A stretch of 62,991 nt of DNA, filler included, from Rhabdomonas costata (Eukaryota): the NCBI GenBank assembly GCA_019059605.1. It is 55 parts of 55 records of this genome, joined end to end, with 100 filler letters (N's around TTAATTAATTAA, not from the genome) between each part and the next. Parts side by side here need not be neighbours in the genome. Positions count along the whole stretch, not along the records: positions 11,474 to 12,521 come from JAHMHO010031469.1; positions 12,622 to 13,656 come from JAHMHO010031470.1; positions 13,757 to 14,803 come from JAHMHO010031471.1; positions 14,904 to 15,949 come from JAHMHO010031472.1; positions 16,050 to 17,097 come from JAHMHO010031473.1; positions 17,198 to 18,245 come from JAHMHO010031474.1; positions 18,346 to 19,393 come from JAHMHO010031475.1; positions 19,494 to 20,541 come from JAHMHO010031476.1; 47 more parts are not named here. One strand, given 5' to 3'. Made by a program: the position numbers and the translations under genes. Below the pieces are notes generated by a model. That model worked only from the letters and a program-made list of their open reading frames with translations, was not told the DNA's origin and made no database searches. Of this stretch, positions 12,186-25,133 are shown in pieces (position 1 is the stretch's first letter; each line of letters begins with the position of its first letter).

Positions 12186-15130
12186 GTACTCGTCCGCTTA
12201 GCATATCGCAATTAGTTTTCTCTTGAGAGAGGGGTGGTGCAATGTCCTCCTCGACCGAGCCTGTGCTAAAGAAAACATACCCACAAGCTCTCTGTATCTG
12301 GGTGCTCACAAGTACTTCGTGTAAGCCACCTCTAATGAGCCAACCCCAACCCGACTGCATCTGCATCTCCCCATTCATACTGAACTGGCATGTGTGAGGA
12401 CCCCGACTGGGTAATGGCAAGCAGATCTCTAAGTACTGCGCATGACTTTATACCTTTTGCACTTGCGCGTTTTTCCTTTTTCTCAAAAACTTCAAATCGG
12501 TGTCCACCAACCACCAACACANNNNNNNNNNNNNNNNNNNNNNNNNNNNNNNNNNNNNNNNNNNNTTAATTAATTAANNNNNNNNNNNNNNNNNNNNNNN
12601 NNNNNNNNNNNNNNNNNNNNNTGGTGGACGTGGTGATGTACTGTGCGCCGTGGTTCGTGTCCAATGCTTTCAAGGCACCGAAACGCTACGCAGTATAATG
12701 GGCCCGCAGAGAGAGCGCAGTGCTTCCTTTTGGGTCGGTGCTCTTCTGTGTGTGTGCAAGGCGTTCTCTCATCTTTTATCCTTTCTTGTCACACACACAC
12801 GGGCACAGCCTGTGCGCGGTTGGCTCCGGGGTGCTGCTTCTTTGGGGTATATATCATGGGAAAGGTCTCTGGCGGTGTGTAGTGAAGCACAAAAGCCCTC
12901 TCCCTCACTCCCGCAGAGCACGTTTGGAACACTGTGGAGGGTGTTGCGGTGACGCCCCGGACGCTTCTCGGGTGCGACTCGTTTGTATCACAGTGAGTGT
13001 TTTCTTGCTTCAACAATGGTATTTTTGCTAGGGTTGAGCGCAGAGGCGAATAGAGAGATATTGGGGGGAGATCCACGATTCAGTTTTAGCCGAAATCCCA
13101 ACAGAGGGTTAGCAGACCAGAAAGTTAAAGTTCATGCGATGAGGCAGGTTTGAAGCGAAAACAATCCACCGAAATCACTGTATGTCAAAAATATTCCCTG
13201 AGAAACTCTTAACTCTCGGGGAACAGTTTGTGGCGCCATACCCATGCTCGCGCTGATTGCTCAATTTCGCAACATTGAAGACACATGGCCCAAGTCCCAG
13301 TGCTGGGCCTTACCCGCACCGTGCAGAAAGTGCTGCCGGACCCGGTCTCGGACCTGCTCTTGAGTTGCACAGCTGCCTGTTTCAAGGCAAAGAAGAATGG
13401 ATCTCGCAGGATCCGTTCCCAATTGTACTTTTTGCTCTTGTGGTTCTCCGGGTTTTTCGCTTGCTTTCCACGCCCGTACTGCTCCGAGGAACCTTTCTGC
13501 CTTTTTTCGCCACACACTGGCCGCAGGAAATTAACCGGACCGACTTCGACCGCCTTCTGTGCCCTTGGCGGTCTGGTTCAACACCCTGTGCTGGCGCCTT
13601 TTCGGTGCCTGGCCGGCGGGCCGTTGGGCTAAATGGGGCTGGGTTGCCCACACCCCNNNNNNNNNNNNNNNNNNNNNNNNNNNNNNNNNNNNNNNNNNNN
13701 TTAATTAATTAANNNNNNNNNNNNNNNNNNNNNNNNNNNNNNNNNNNNNNNNNNNNGTCACGGTGACCAAGGACAACCTGAAGATCGACCCTGCGCAGTG
13801 CCCAGGGTGGGACCGGGACTTCATTCCGGTCACTACGCTACGCTCGGGCACCGACGTTTTGCTGATCCTGTACATTTCCGAGCCTCAGGCCCACCTGGTA
13901 CACCGCAACCTTCGCACAGTCGCACAGTGCCGTCGTCATTGTGTCGTTGTCTATGCAGGGGCTTTTCTATGTGCTTTTCTGGAAAACTACTGTGTCAATG
14001 GGTTTCTGCCTGGAACCGAACTTCCCCAGTTCTTCAGCATACGCTCCCCTGCTCTATTTCTGCTGCTTCTCAGCTGTGTTGACGGTCGAGGTCCCTCCTA
14101 ATCGCCCCCGGTTAAGCGTAGTTGGAAAGGTAACTGCTTAATCGTGCGCGCTTCTTTCTTTTCTTTTCTTTTTGGTGATGGTTTTTGGTGACTGTACAAA
14201 GGCGCTTGTTCCTTCCCGTTCCCTTCTGCACTGCCGCCATGGTCGGCGCTTGTGCTGTTTTTTTTTTTTTGGTTTGCTTTACTTCGCTTTGTTCCTCGGC
14301 AATCTGTGTGCTCTTTCTGAGAGCAACGTTGTACTTTCCCCCCTTTTTTTAATGTGGCGACGCGTCCGTGGCGTGGCTCCCACGCTGCCTTACACTTCCG
14401 TTTTGTTCTATGCTGAGCCAACCTTGGAAATACGTCAAGGTATCTCAATCCTTTCCGGTCTCTGAGATCAAGAAAGCATCAGCACCAACCCAGAACCAGA
14501 AGTCCTCCCTCGCGTTTATCCGCACCATTGTGCTTGGGTCACTTCTCCTGTAAAACTTGTTGTCGAGCCATTTCTTTCTCTACTGAGCTACTGGTTGGAG
14601 AAAGGTTGGGCTCAGTATAGACTTTCCTGCCGTTGCTAGTAGTTATTAGGTCACTTAGTCGGAATCCCCTTCCCGTGAATGCCCCCCTCTCTATACACGC
14701 ACGGGTTTCAATCTAAGGAGCCACAGAACCCCGGACAGCACGGTAGCCTGAAGCTCAGCGTCACCTTCCGCTCTGCGGTGCTGCTTATGGGCCCCACCCC
14801 ACANNNNNNNNNNNNNNNNNNNNNNNNNNNNNNNNNNNNNNNNNNNNTTAATTAATTAANNNNNNNNNNNNNNNNNNNNNNNNNNNNNNNNNNNNNNNNN
14901 NNNATGGTTTGACTGTTCACTGATTTTCATTCCGCGGATTCCTGAGCTTCTGCTCAACTTGTTTATGCGGGTCCTCGGCGGTCATTGAAACGCCAGACTG
15001 GACGAGTCTTGGCTGTCCTAGTGCCTTCGGTCGACAAGTTGTACATCTGAGTTGTACATCCGCAACACATCTCTACCCGCTTTTGTCTCCATCAGCCAGC
15101 GAGTTTTTGCAGCGCCCATTCCCTCTCTCC

Positions 15131-15706
15131 ATGGCTCTTCGCTTCATTTCTGTCGCGGTGGTCTTTGCGCTGATCACCCAGTTGTACGCCCAATATACCG
15201 CATGTATGCTTTTTTAGTTTAAATTGGGGTGGCAGTGACTTGGGCGGTTTAAGGATGCGCTATTTGCTGCAATAGCTCCGATTGCAGCTCACTGTGTGTA
15301 ATTGCTTTTCACGCCCCATCGGAACATCAAAGCACCTCTCGGCTCGTAGCCAGCAAGCGGTTGCTGATCGTTCTTAACAATAACCTTTGAGTAGTATTTC
15401 ACTGGCAAGCACCTGCACATTGTCGGGTTTCAGGTGCCAATAGAGCCCTCGACAAAAGATTGCTTCCCACTTCTCTTTGGTGGTTTCTCAGGCAACTGCG
15501 GGGCCTCGTACTACAGTGACAGCAAGTGCACAACATCTTTCTACCCCACCACAAGCTACGAGTTCTCGGGCCGATGCATCAGTAACATGATGCCCTTGGG
15601 CTCTTGGGCTTCGTACAAGAACGAGACCACTGGCCTTCCCGTGGGTGCCGTGGGCCTGAGCTACAAGTTCAAGAACTGCATCTCGCCCTACGGCAGCACC
15701 CAAATC
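15131..15706 (+). CDS. Secreted Cys-rich protein, exons 15131-15203 and 15492-15706
   Basis: ATG + hydrophobic signal peptide MALRFISVAVVFALITQLYA. Phase-1 intron gtatgc...tctcag restores the frame to CNCGASYYSDSKCTTSFYP... Confidence 0.65.
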
Positions 15707-18512
15707 GTAAACACGGCATGGAAATCACTTGTTTGTCGTCTATGTGCGCTCAGCATTCCGTTCTATTTCTGATCTGGTAACTGGTAGCTGTCGAAAATTT
15801 CCATTTTTGCCTTATACAATGTTGTTCCGTGCTGTATGTATTTTCGATCGTCGCAGAGAAGGTAAAACGCACCTGTAAATTTGTGACAGAGAAAAACTGA
15901 AGACACTTGAACTCTGTCACAAATTTACAGGTGCGTTTTACCCACCAACNNNNNNNNNNNNNNNNNNNNNNNNNNNNNNNNNNNNNNNNNNNNTTAATTA
16001 ATTAANNNNNNNNNNNNNNNNNNNNNNNNNNNNNNNNNNNNNNNNNNNNGTGTTGTGTGGGTTTTGAGGGTGCGCCGCCCCCGAACTCCTACTGCAATTC
16101 CTGAGAAACGTGTATGGCACTCAGGTGTTTCACTCCACGCCGCGCCGTCTGTCCCAGGGTTTGTCATCGCGTGGAAGCGTTTTCCGTTTGCGGTCGGGTT
16201 CTATGGGCTCTAAAATGCGATGCGCGAGAAATATGAGAGTAAATCGAAGAAAGATTTGACGACACTCACGTAAGACACCGCAGGCACACAGTGGCTGCTT
16301 TCTATCGAAGATATGCCAGCAAAGACCACAAAGCAAGCGAAGGAGAACCTGTGGTTGAGCAGGACGGCGGAGAGCGCGACCAGGGGCAGGGCGTACGCTG
16401 TCAGCGAAGAGCTGTTCCCCAAGCTAACCGCCGTGAGGGTGGTGGAAAACACCAGAAAAATCTGCACAAACATGCCCACGCAAACAAACGAACAAATCAA
16501 CTCAAGGGGAATGTTTGCGAATGCATAAACATCTCTTTTTTTTACCAGAACAGCAAGACGCTTGTGTCGTCAAAATTCCTGAAATGACCCACAAAAAGCG
16601 CTCCTAAGCAAGGACAAAACCAAAGACCCATTAAAACGGGAAAAGCATCAGGTCCACCGGCTCCAAGCGCCAGCTCCGGCAAGCATTGACGGGTGCAAAA
16701 TCCCACAGAACGAAGCAAAAAAATGGGGGGGGGGGGGATTCGTGCCCCGAAGGCACCACGATAGTAGGTGCTAGAGGTTCCACCCGGTTCCCTCCCTCTA
16801 TCAAAACCCTACCCCATTGCATCCCACAGCAATACCGTATGCAAGGTGACGCTGGTAAGCGCCTCAATGGGGAAGACGCCTGCCGCAGCCTGGGACCGTA
16901 CCATGGATCTTGGGGTTGGTCCCGTCACAGCGATCTCCTGCGCTACCACTGCGGAGCGGCCTTTGAAGAACACAACAAACCAAAACCATATCGCCAGAAG
17001 CTGAGGCTGATCCCGAACGCAATTAGGCACAGGGGCACAGCAACAGGGGACGAGGCTACAGCACAGCCGTCTTTCATCTTTCCTATAGAAACCCCACNNN
17101 NNNNNNNNNNNNNNNNNNNNNNNNNNNNNNNNNNNNNNNNNTTAATTAATTAANNNNNNNNNNNNNNNNNNNNNNNNNNNNNNNNNNNNNNNNNNNNGTG
17201 GTTTTTTTTTGGACTATTTTGTGGTGGGTGTGCCGCGTTGGCAGTTGGAAAAGTGCCTTTTCTTCAAGAGGAGGACTCGGGCCGCAGGTCAATGGAATGC
17301 GATTGTGAGCCAGACTGCTCATTCCGAGGGACCAGCAGGTAATGGTTTACGATGGTGTATGTGGTGTAGGCCTGGGACCAGGCATGCGTTGAAAGAGAAA
17401 GAATGGGCTTCTCCGTGTGTGGTGTTCTCTCGCTTGTAAACGGTATCCTCGGGGTACATTTCTCTCATTGCAGCTCTTGCGCTTTTCATTTCCTTCTGTC
17501 TGGATTTGTGTGTTTCGTGGTCTGCGACTTCCAGCCCAACGCAGGAGAGGCGAGAAAGCACTTTGTGAAGACCAAACCGGCTTCGATTGGTTTCTTTGAG
17601 AGATAGACCCTCCCTCGCCAAGCAAGGCCAGCAAGAAAAAGGCTGAATGCAGTGCTGGGGATACGCCGACGGGTACCGTCGGCGACAGCAGCAGCAGACC
17701 TGTGGGTGTGGTCCTCGGTCGCCCTCGCCCAGCAGCACCTCCTCCACCACAGCGACGCCATGCCAATGCTGCCGGCAGCCCGGCGGGCCGTGCGCCCCGT
17801 CTTACGCCACGCAAATCGAGCGGCAGGTGGAGCGCGTAGTGTCGGCGTCGGCGCGGCTGGAGGCCTACCATGAGGCCATGGACCAGGTCCAGGCCCAGGT
17901 GAGCACCTGCGACGACAAGATTGCCAACCTCACCCAGGTTGATCCCACATTCCAGCCACGCCATCTCCTTTTTTTTTTTTTGACCTTTCGCTCGCTTTCC
18001 TTCCTGGGGATATACGGTGATTTCGGTGGCTCTGAAACAAAACCCAAAGAGGGCAAATTTGCTGCCCGTTTTCGTGGTACTCCCATTTCAGTATCCTTCA
18101 CTAAGGTGGCTGCGGCTCGCAGGATTGGATTTGGGTAGCATTGTGCCAGCCATTCTGATTGCAGCAGACAGGGGATTGACATTCTACATTCTTCCCATAT
18201 TTGTTCCTCTGCAGTCCCACCCACCCCCACCCAACACACCCAACANNNNNNNNNNNNNNNNNNNNNNNNNNNNNNNNNNNNNNNNNNNNTTAATTAATTA
18301 ANNNNNNNNNNNNNNNNNNNNNNNNNNNNNNNNNNNNNNNNNNNNTTGTTGTTGTGATTCCGAAATACCTATGCATATACGTACGTTTGGTGATTGTCTG
18401 GCTGTGTGCATCATGTGGTCCATCTCCTCGGTGCCGTCCTGGCGTTCGTTCTCTCGGATCCAGTGCACATTTCCGTGTGTGCGTGTGCGTGTGTGTCACG
18501 CATCTGCATCAG

Positions 18513-19323
18513 GCAACGTGACGATGTGGAGTGATCCGGCCCTTGCCGTGCTGAACCCTGGCCTAAGCCTGCCCGACGTCCCCATCCTCATCCTTATTCG
18601 CGCGGTATGTCTTCCAGGATGGCTTTTGGCAACAACTTGAGTCTCGTCCAGTCAGCACAAATTCTGGGGTTGTCACCCTGCTCCCTGACTGCCGCAGGCA
18701 TGCCTTGCAGTGGCTGACCGCTTTCGACTCGGGAAGCTGCAACGTTTTGCAAAACTGACGGATACTGTCCTTCGCCCCGAGACTAAGCTGTCCCACTACA
18801 TTTGACGTGCAAACCAAGAATACCACTACCAAGAATCTACAACGTTTTGCAAAACAGGATTGAACACTCCCCCTTTCCCCCAGTCATGGTCAATGTTGGG
18901 ACATATCGGTACTTTGTCATCATTGACGTATTGGGGTGAACGGGGGGCGTTCAATATGTTTTGCAGAACGTTGTGATGCTGCGCCACCTCCCCCTCTCGT
19001 TTTGCCCTGGTCGTTGTTGTTCCCTGTTCACTGAACTCATCCCCAATTATGGACTTTACCTCTCACCTGTTGTGAAGTAGCTCTTCCGTGCAGCTGCTGT
19101 ACTGAGGCTGCGCCGTGGTTCAAGGCTTACTCCAGTCCAGACAGCCTCGACTTTTTTCCCTTCACAGGGTGACTCCGGGGCCACCTCGATCCTCACCAGG
19201 GCGATGACGAAACTGAGCCCGCGGTGGGCCGCACGGTTTGGGGAGTTCTCCACTCCGGAGGGCTTCGCAGGCTCCACGGCCAACATCACTCTATGCAAGG
19301 ACGACCCCACTATGGCCTCCACG
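18513..19323 (+). CDS. PstS-like (type 2 periplasmic-binding, phosphate-binding) domain; exons 18513-18604 and 19168-19323
   Basis: Spliced peptide GNVTMWSDPALAVLNPGLSLPDVPILILIRA|GDSGATSILTRAMTKLSPRWAARFG fits the PstS pattern G.IT.W.DP.I..LNP...LP...I.VV.R.D.SGT...FT..L......W. Phase-0 intron gtatgt...cacag. Confidence 0.8.
18839..18974. mobile_element. Imperfect ~136-nt hairpin / MITE-like element inside an intron
   Basis: Arms acaacgttttgcaaaacaggattgaacactccccc and the reverse complement of 18942-18974 (acaacgttctgcaaaacatattgaacgccccc); the interior also pairs (gtcaatg/cattgac, gaca/tgtc). Confidence 0.5.
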
Positions 19324-22300
19324 GTGCGCCCAGTTGTGCTGCTCCTAGTTTGTGAGACTCCCAAGAGATGCCACCGTTGTGGGCCCAACACAANNNNNNN
19401 NNNNNNNNNNNNNNNNNNNNNNNNNNNNNNNNNNNNNTTAATTAATTAANNNNNNNNNNNNNNNNNNNNNNNNNNNNNNNNNNNNNNNNNNNNGGGTTTG
19501 GGGGTCATTGGGTTCCTCGTGGTGGTGGCATGGAGTGGGGTCGTTGTGGGCTGTGGTGACGGTGGGTGCTGTGGGTCTGTCGGTAGTTGGAGTGACGCCG
19601 GTGGGTTTACTTTGGCTGCAGGTGGGCAGGGGTTGATTCTGGTTGTGTGTGTGCAGGATTACTGGTGTCGGTTTCTGGAGTGGGAGTGTGCGATGTTGGA
19701 CCGTGGGTTGGTTTGGACTATCTGTGTGTGGATTTGTGTGTGTGTGTGTGCTGGTGGAGTGCTGTCTGGATGTGTGCTTCTGATCCGTGGTTATTGGGTG
19801 ATGTGTTGGAGGTTGGCACGTGGGTTGGAGTGGGCAATCTGTGTGATGTGTCTCCGTCTGTGCCTCTGTCTTTGGGTACGGTGGGTGTCATCATGACTGT
19901 AGTTGCGATGTGTGGTGTGGTGGTGTTTCTGGCGTGTATGTTTGCAGTCGGTTTTCTTCTGACGTCATTTTGGTTGTCTACACAATCGGGGGTATTTTAT
20001 CTATGATATGTGGTAGCTCAGTGACCTCAGAGATGATCAGATATGACTTCCACATATAGTAGTAATGGGAACGCCCATGAAATTATGCGCCTTGGTTGGT
20101 ATGTCCAACTGACCAAACAAACAAGAACCACGTGATGACGCAGGTAACGGTGAGGCTATTCAAAGCAGAGCGTAACTCAACACCTAATGTTGTACGTTAG
20201 TAGTGGTTAGAGGCGAGTCGTTACACAAAGCCACAGGTTGTCCCAGGTAGCATGACCTCTGTTGGTGGAGTAATGATACTAGTAGTGCCGTGTAGGTGTC
20301 CCAAAGTTGACCTGCTGTGGGCATGCAAAACACACCGTAGGGGATAATCAACCCACACGAGACCCATTCAACCGAGTCTAGTGGCTGAGATGGTGCAATG
20401 ACCGGCAGTGGTAGCAGCAAATATAACATCTGCTTTGTTGTATCATTCGAGTCACACACTCGATGCATGAGTTGATGTGTGAGAGGTACAGTAGTGGAAG
20501 TGCATGTTGCCATTGCTGACACTCAGACACCCAAACTACTCNNNNNNNNNNNNNNNNNNNNNNNNNNNNNNNNNNNNNNNNNNNNTTAATTAATTAANNN
20601 NNNNNNNNNNNNNNNNNNNNNNNNNNNNNNNNNNNNNNNNNGTGGTTTGTGAGAAGCCGCAGCTGGCTCCGAGCAGAAACACCTTTCATGGCGGTGTGGG
20701 TGGTAAACAAGTCCACCGCCTGGTTCCCTCGTTCCCTCAAACTGGAAAAAGAACACCCCAAAACCCTGTAACCAGTCCCGAATCGCAAGGCCGCAGAGTC
20801 TCACCAGTTTACTGCTGCTGTTTGCTGCCTGAACTTTTCTCCAACAAGAGACATAATAACCATCACTCCAAAGGAGCGTGCCTTTCGAAGCATCCTCCCC
20901 GCTGTCATCACCGTGGGGTGCGTCGTCGTCGGCTCGAGTTCTTTTCATGGTATTGCAATCAAAGACACCCAAATCCGGAACAGAACACTGGCGAGAGCAT
21001 GGATGTGGCAGGAGATTTGAGAGCACTTCAAGGAGAAAGCCTTCTCAATTTAAACCCGCAAAAACCATATCAACCCAAAAAAGTTCACTCAACGGTTCTA
21101 ATTGGCATGCCCACCATTGTAATCATGATTATCATCAGCTTCGCATAATGAATACAGGGGGAAACAATGTGGAAACCCACGCAAGGGGAGCAACTGCCAA
21201 AATCCCCACTTTTATTTCAGTTTTCCTAACCCTAGGAACGAGTAGTGGCACAATTTACTCCTGCGCTTACCCCTGAAAAGCATGCAAACCAACCAAAACA
21301 ACAACAAAACAACAAAAAACAACAACAACAGCTTAGCCTCATAAATAATGAAAGACAGGTTTGGTAGAGAAGGTTCATTAGAAAAAAAGGAACATTAGAG
21401 CATTGCATTTTGAATCTCCAAGCCTATCCTATTCAGAGCAACAGGTGCATGGGACAGTAAAACAACACCTTCTGAAGCTATGGTGCACAGAAGAGCGAAA
21501 CCGTGGCACAGATGGCAATAGCACAACAGAAGGGTAGTGCACTGGTGACGAATCCTTGAAACCAACAAAACGCACATATGTACACTGAAAACTTTTGACA
21601 GGGGTGAAGGCAAATATGCACAAGCCAGGGAGGGGACTCACCTCCCTTGAGACGGTGCTGGCCATCCAGCCAGCTTGCCAGCCCAACCCNNNNNNNNNNN
21701 NNNNNNNNNNNNNNNNNNNNNNNNNNNNNNNNNTTAATTAATTAANNNNNNNNNNNNNNNNNNNNNNNNNNNNNNNNNNNNNNNNNNNNGTTGTGGTGTG
21801 AATGTGATGTTTATGATATATTTTAGTTAACCGTGCGGGCAGTTGTGTGTTTGTTTGTGCTTCTGCATCTACGAACGAGGTCTGTGGTGGAAAGTGGAGC
21901 CCTGTTGTTCACGTCAGTGAACTAGTTACTTGTTATTAGAGTCAACCAGGCAATGAATCCCACTAAAAATTCCCTACTGTCCCCACTGACGCACCCCCAC
22001 CTCTTCGGCAGCTCCTCGTACTTGTCTTCTCACAGAAAATAATTCACTACATTTTGTTAGGCAATCTACTTGGAACCGTCCATCTCATTCAGTGGCAATA
22101 AATAGATTTCCCTGCCAACTCCCACTTCCACTTCCACTCGCACACAGTCTACTTCTGACGCCACGGCGTCTGCTTTCGCACCAAAGTAATTCCATCCACT
22201 TTGTTCCACACTATCATTGGAACCGTTTACTTCACTCTGTGGCAACATCTACGACGTCCACTGAGCTCCGTTTGTTATTCACGGACGCAAACCACAAGTG

Positions 22301-23474
22301 CTTCACTGGGTGTCTAGTTTTGTCCTCGCATCGAACAATCAGTGCCATTTCCGCCTCTTTGTGCGGACTGCCGAAATTCCAGACCCTTGAATATCTCTGT
22401 GCGTTTTAGTGTGTGAGGTCGACTTTTTAGTTGAATCTATCTACGGCGTCTTCCAGGAGACTGCGACACGTGGTGTGCTATGGGATGCTTTGTAACTTGG
22501 CGTGGATGAACAATTTCATTGTGTCGCTCCAAACAATGGCCGGGTCGCATAAGTTGAATAGACCCATAGTCCATTCGGGTTTCAGCATGCCGAAAATACA
22601 CCGACTCCATAACGTTTAGTGAACAAATGATTACACGTGGACGTGGCCGTCCGGACTGGTGTTTACGTGTCAGTGAAAGTGTGTATGTGAGCGGTGAATA
22701 AACCTTTGAACCAGGCACAATACCAAGACGTGTCCCATCTTCAAACAACAACAAGCCATTGCTGCTGAAACTCTAAAACTGATCGCAAAACAAAAATGGC
22801 CCAACCGTGACACAACACTTCCGTACAAAACACAACANNNNNNNNNNNNNNNNNNNNNNNNNNNNNNNNNNNNNNNNNNNNTTAATTAATTAANNNNNNN
22901 NNNNNNNNNNNNNNNNNNNNNNNNNNNNNNNNNNNNNGGTGGGGGGTGCAAAATAGCCCTTACTGGGCTTCAGGATACCAATCGTTCGCCGAGGGCCTCA
23001 CCGGATTGTGGGGGGTTGCACTTCCCAATTGAACCCGAAACGTGACATCATTCGCTGAGCTGCATAACTTACCGACCAGATAAGACCTGTAAGATAAGTA
23101 TAGACCTTTTTTTTCGGCCCCTGTGTGTGCCGAGATGGCCCGCTCATTTTTGACCTATATGGCTTAGAAAACGTCAACGTTCAGTGCACTTTTTGAACTG
23201 TATTCTGAGCCTAGGTTTTTGGCTGTGCCTTCTTAGCAAACCTGGGTAGACCAGATTGTTTCGGTATGTAGCTTCCCTCGAGGCTTTCATAGGCAGCTTT
23301 GGGGTTTGCCAGCAGCAATTTTCTTTTCGTACCTTCCTTAGTGTTGACATATGTTCCATCATTGCGCTCGCTTCTACCTAACAGAATTTCTTTCTCAGTG
23401 CGGCCTCACCCTAACCCAGGTTCTCGATCCCTCATCTTTGTTCTTCGCCTCTGCCCCCGTGGGGTTTCTCGCCG

Positions 23475-23633
23475 ATGATTCACTTCACTCCACAGCAGCT
23501 GATGGGGGGCGCGAGCTACCGCAGCTCCACCCTTGTCGGAAACTGGAGCGAGGAGGCCCGCTTCGCGGAGGACCTGACCCGGCACAAGGAAGGCCAGAAG
23601 CAGCGCGGCGAACTTCTGTCTCAATCGATCTTG
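23475..23633 (+). CDS. CFAP161: First exon of CFAP161-like axonemal microtubule inner protein
   Basis: MIHFTPQQLMGGASYRSSTLVGNWSEE...KQRGELLSQ: Y....L.GNW.E motif followed by a K..G.LL segment as in CFAP161. Putative donor gtcaat at 23634. Confidence 0.6.
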
Positions 23634-24085
23634 GTCAATCAAGCCCACCTGCCCGTCGACCTTTACACATTCGTCAACAATCAGCGCTCTCAATATACCA
23701 CGTAGGGTGGGATTGCTCCCACGGGCTCATCACGGTTTGCCAGCTGCCCCAATGCAATAAAAACACTTCCTAAAATAAGGGAAGGGATGACACATCACTC
23801 TGCAAGAAGTTTGGAACGACGCATTTACAAACACGAGCGGACCGAATTATAATGGCAATCAAACTCATTGTATATATTGAACACAATGGCGGGGCGGTTG
23901 TATGATTTCGCCAACGGGAATGTAATTATGACTTAGTCACTCCCAAAAGTCGCAGTGAGAACCTGGGACAGCAGCGCGGCGCAGGNNNNNNNNNNNNNNN
24001 NNNNNNNNNNNNNNNNNNNNNNNNNNNNNTTAATTAATTAANNNNNNNNNNNNNNNNNNNNNNNNNNNNNNNNNNNNNNNNNNNN

Positions 24086-24349
24086 GTGGGGTGGTCCCAT
24101 CGCTCCGACCGCAAAGGTGATTCCAACTTGATTAGGAAGACGCCTGTTCATCTTTTTCACCAACTTGATTATCCACGGCAGGAAATTCTCTGGGTTACCA
24201 TCGTATGGCGGGAACTCTGGGTCACGTTCATGCAATTTCCTCGGTGCTACTTTCTCTCGACCTGCACCCTCTTGGTTCGTACTCTCCGTCAACTTTTCAA
24301 GAGCTCTTGTCATCACTTGAGTTGTCGCCACCTGATTATGATTCTTCAA
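24086..24349 (-). mobile_element. Ty3/gypsy LTR retrotransposon gag fragment
   Basis: PEFPPYDGNPENFLPWI matches the gag P.FDG.P..F..W motif and lies downstream of a PBS. Confidence 0.65.
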
Positions 24350-24705
24350 TCGCTAGGCCACGGACAACTGCACCAACAATTTTCCCGCACCGACAGGATC
24401 ATCGGGCGCTGGGCTCACCGGTGGAACCGGCAGGACCGTTGACATCTCTTGGACTGGACCGGTGCCCCCTATTTGGGGCTGGCTCTGTCCCGGCTCGGTC
24501 ATTCTTTTCTCAAACAACCAAAATCAAACTTTTCCCTTCGACCACGTGTCACAACACACCAAACTGTCCCCACTTCCAATCGAAACCTATGTTACCAACT
24601 GTCACAAAGTGCAAATTGACACCTCTTCTCCAGTGCTGCCCTCTTTCCGCCGCACAAGTTGTTTTTTACCACGTGTCACGTGTTGCGCTCTGTGACTTTA
24701 TCAAC

Positions 24706-24717
24706 CCTCTGCTACCA
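24706..24717 (-). promoter_or_regulatory. Primer-binding site complementary to initiator tRNA-Met 3' end
   Basis: Minus strand ...TCTGACA-GG-TGGTAGCAGAGG: an LTR-type CA end (24720), 2-nt spacer, then TGGTAGCAGAGG. Confidence 0.75.
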
Positions 24718-25004
24718 CCTGTCAGACGGCACGGCGGTCTCGGACCAATTACGTGGCTCTTGACTTCCACGCGTAGCCCACTCGATCCGCTCCCCTCCGT
24801 GGTACCTCCCGACAAAACTTTCGCTTTGTGAGCGCTGTCAACCCACCTAAGTGAGGAGACTTTCTTTCCCCCCGGTTGGACTCGCTTTAGCCAAGGGCCG
24901 GGTAGAGCCTGGCAGCAACCACTCCTCGCAGCTGCCCAAGCCTGTGGACTCTTGGTCGACGACTCTCGGTCGCAACCTGCATCTCAAACTCATCCGAGGG
25001 GACT

Positions 25005-25133
25005 TAATACGGCGACGATCTCGTGAGCTGAACGTCCAGAAACTTCATCAGCTCTTTCCAAAACAACGAGATGAACACCGAGTCCCGATCACTCACAATG
25101 GACCATGGCAATCCGTGATAACGCACCACCCAC
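25005..25133 (-). mobile_element. Ty3/gypsy integrase core fragment (truncated)
   Basis: VVRYHGLPWSIVSDRDSVFISLFWKELMKFLDVQLTRSSPY* matches HG.P.SIVSDRD..F.S.FW; stops before HPQTDG. Confidence 0.85.

Noticed and set aside
15861-15942. Terminal hairpin
   Set aside because: Perfect arms at the contig end; same artefact class, as are ~30812-30868 and ~34193-34297.
19494-20006. Long V/C/G/W-rich ORFs
   Set aside because: Products of GT-biased low-complexity DNA; no recognisable domain.
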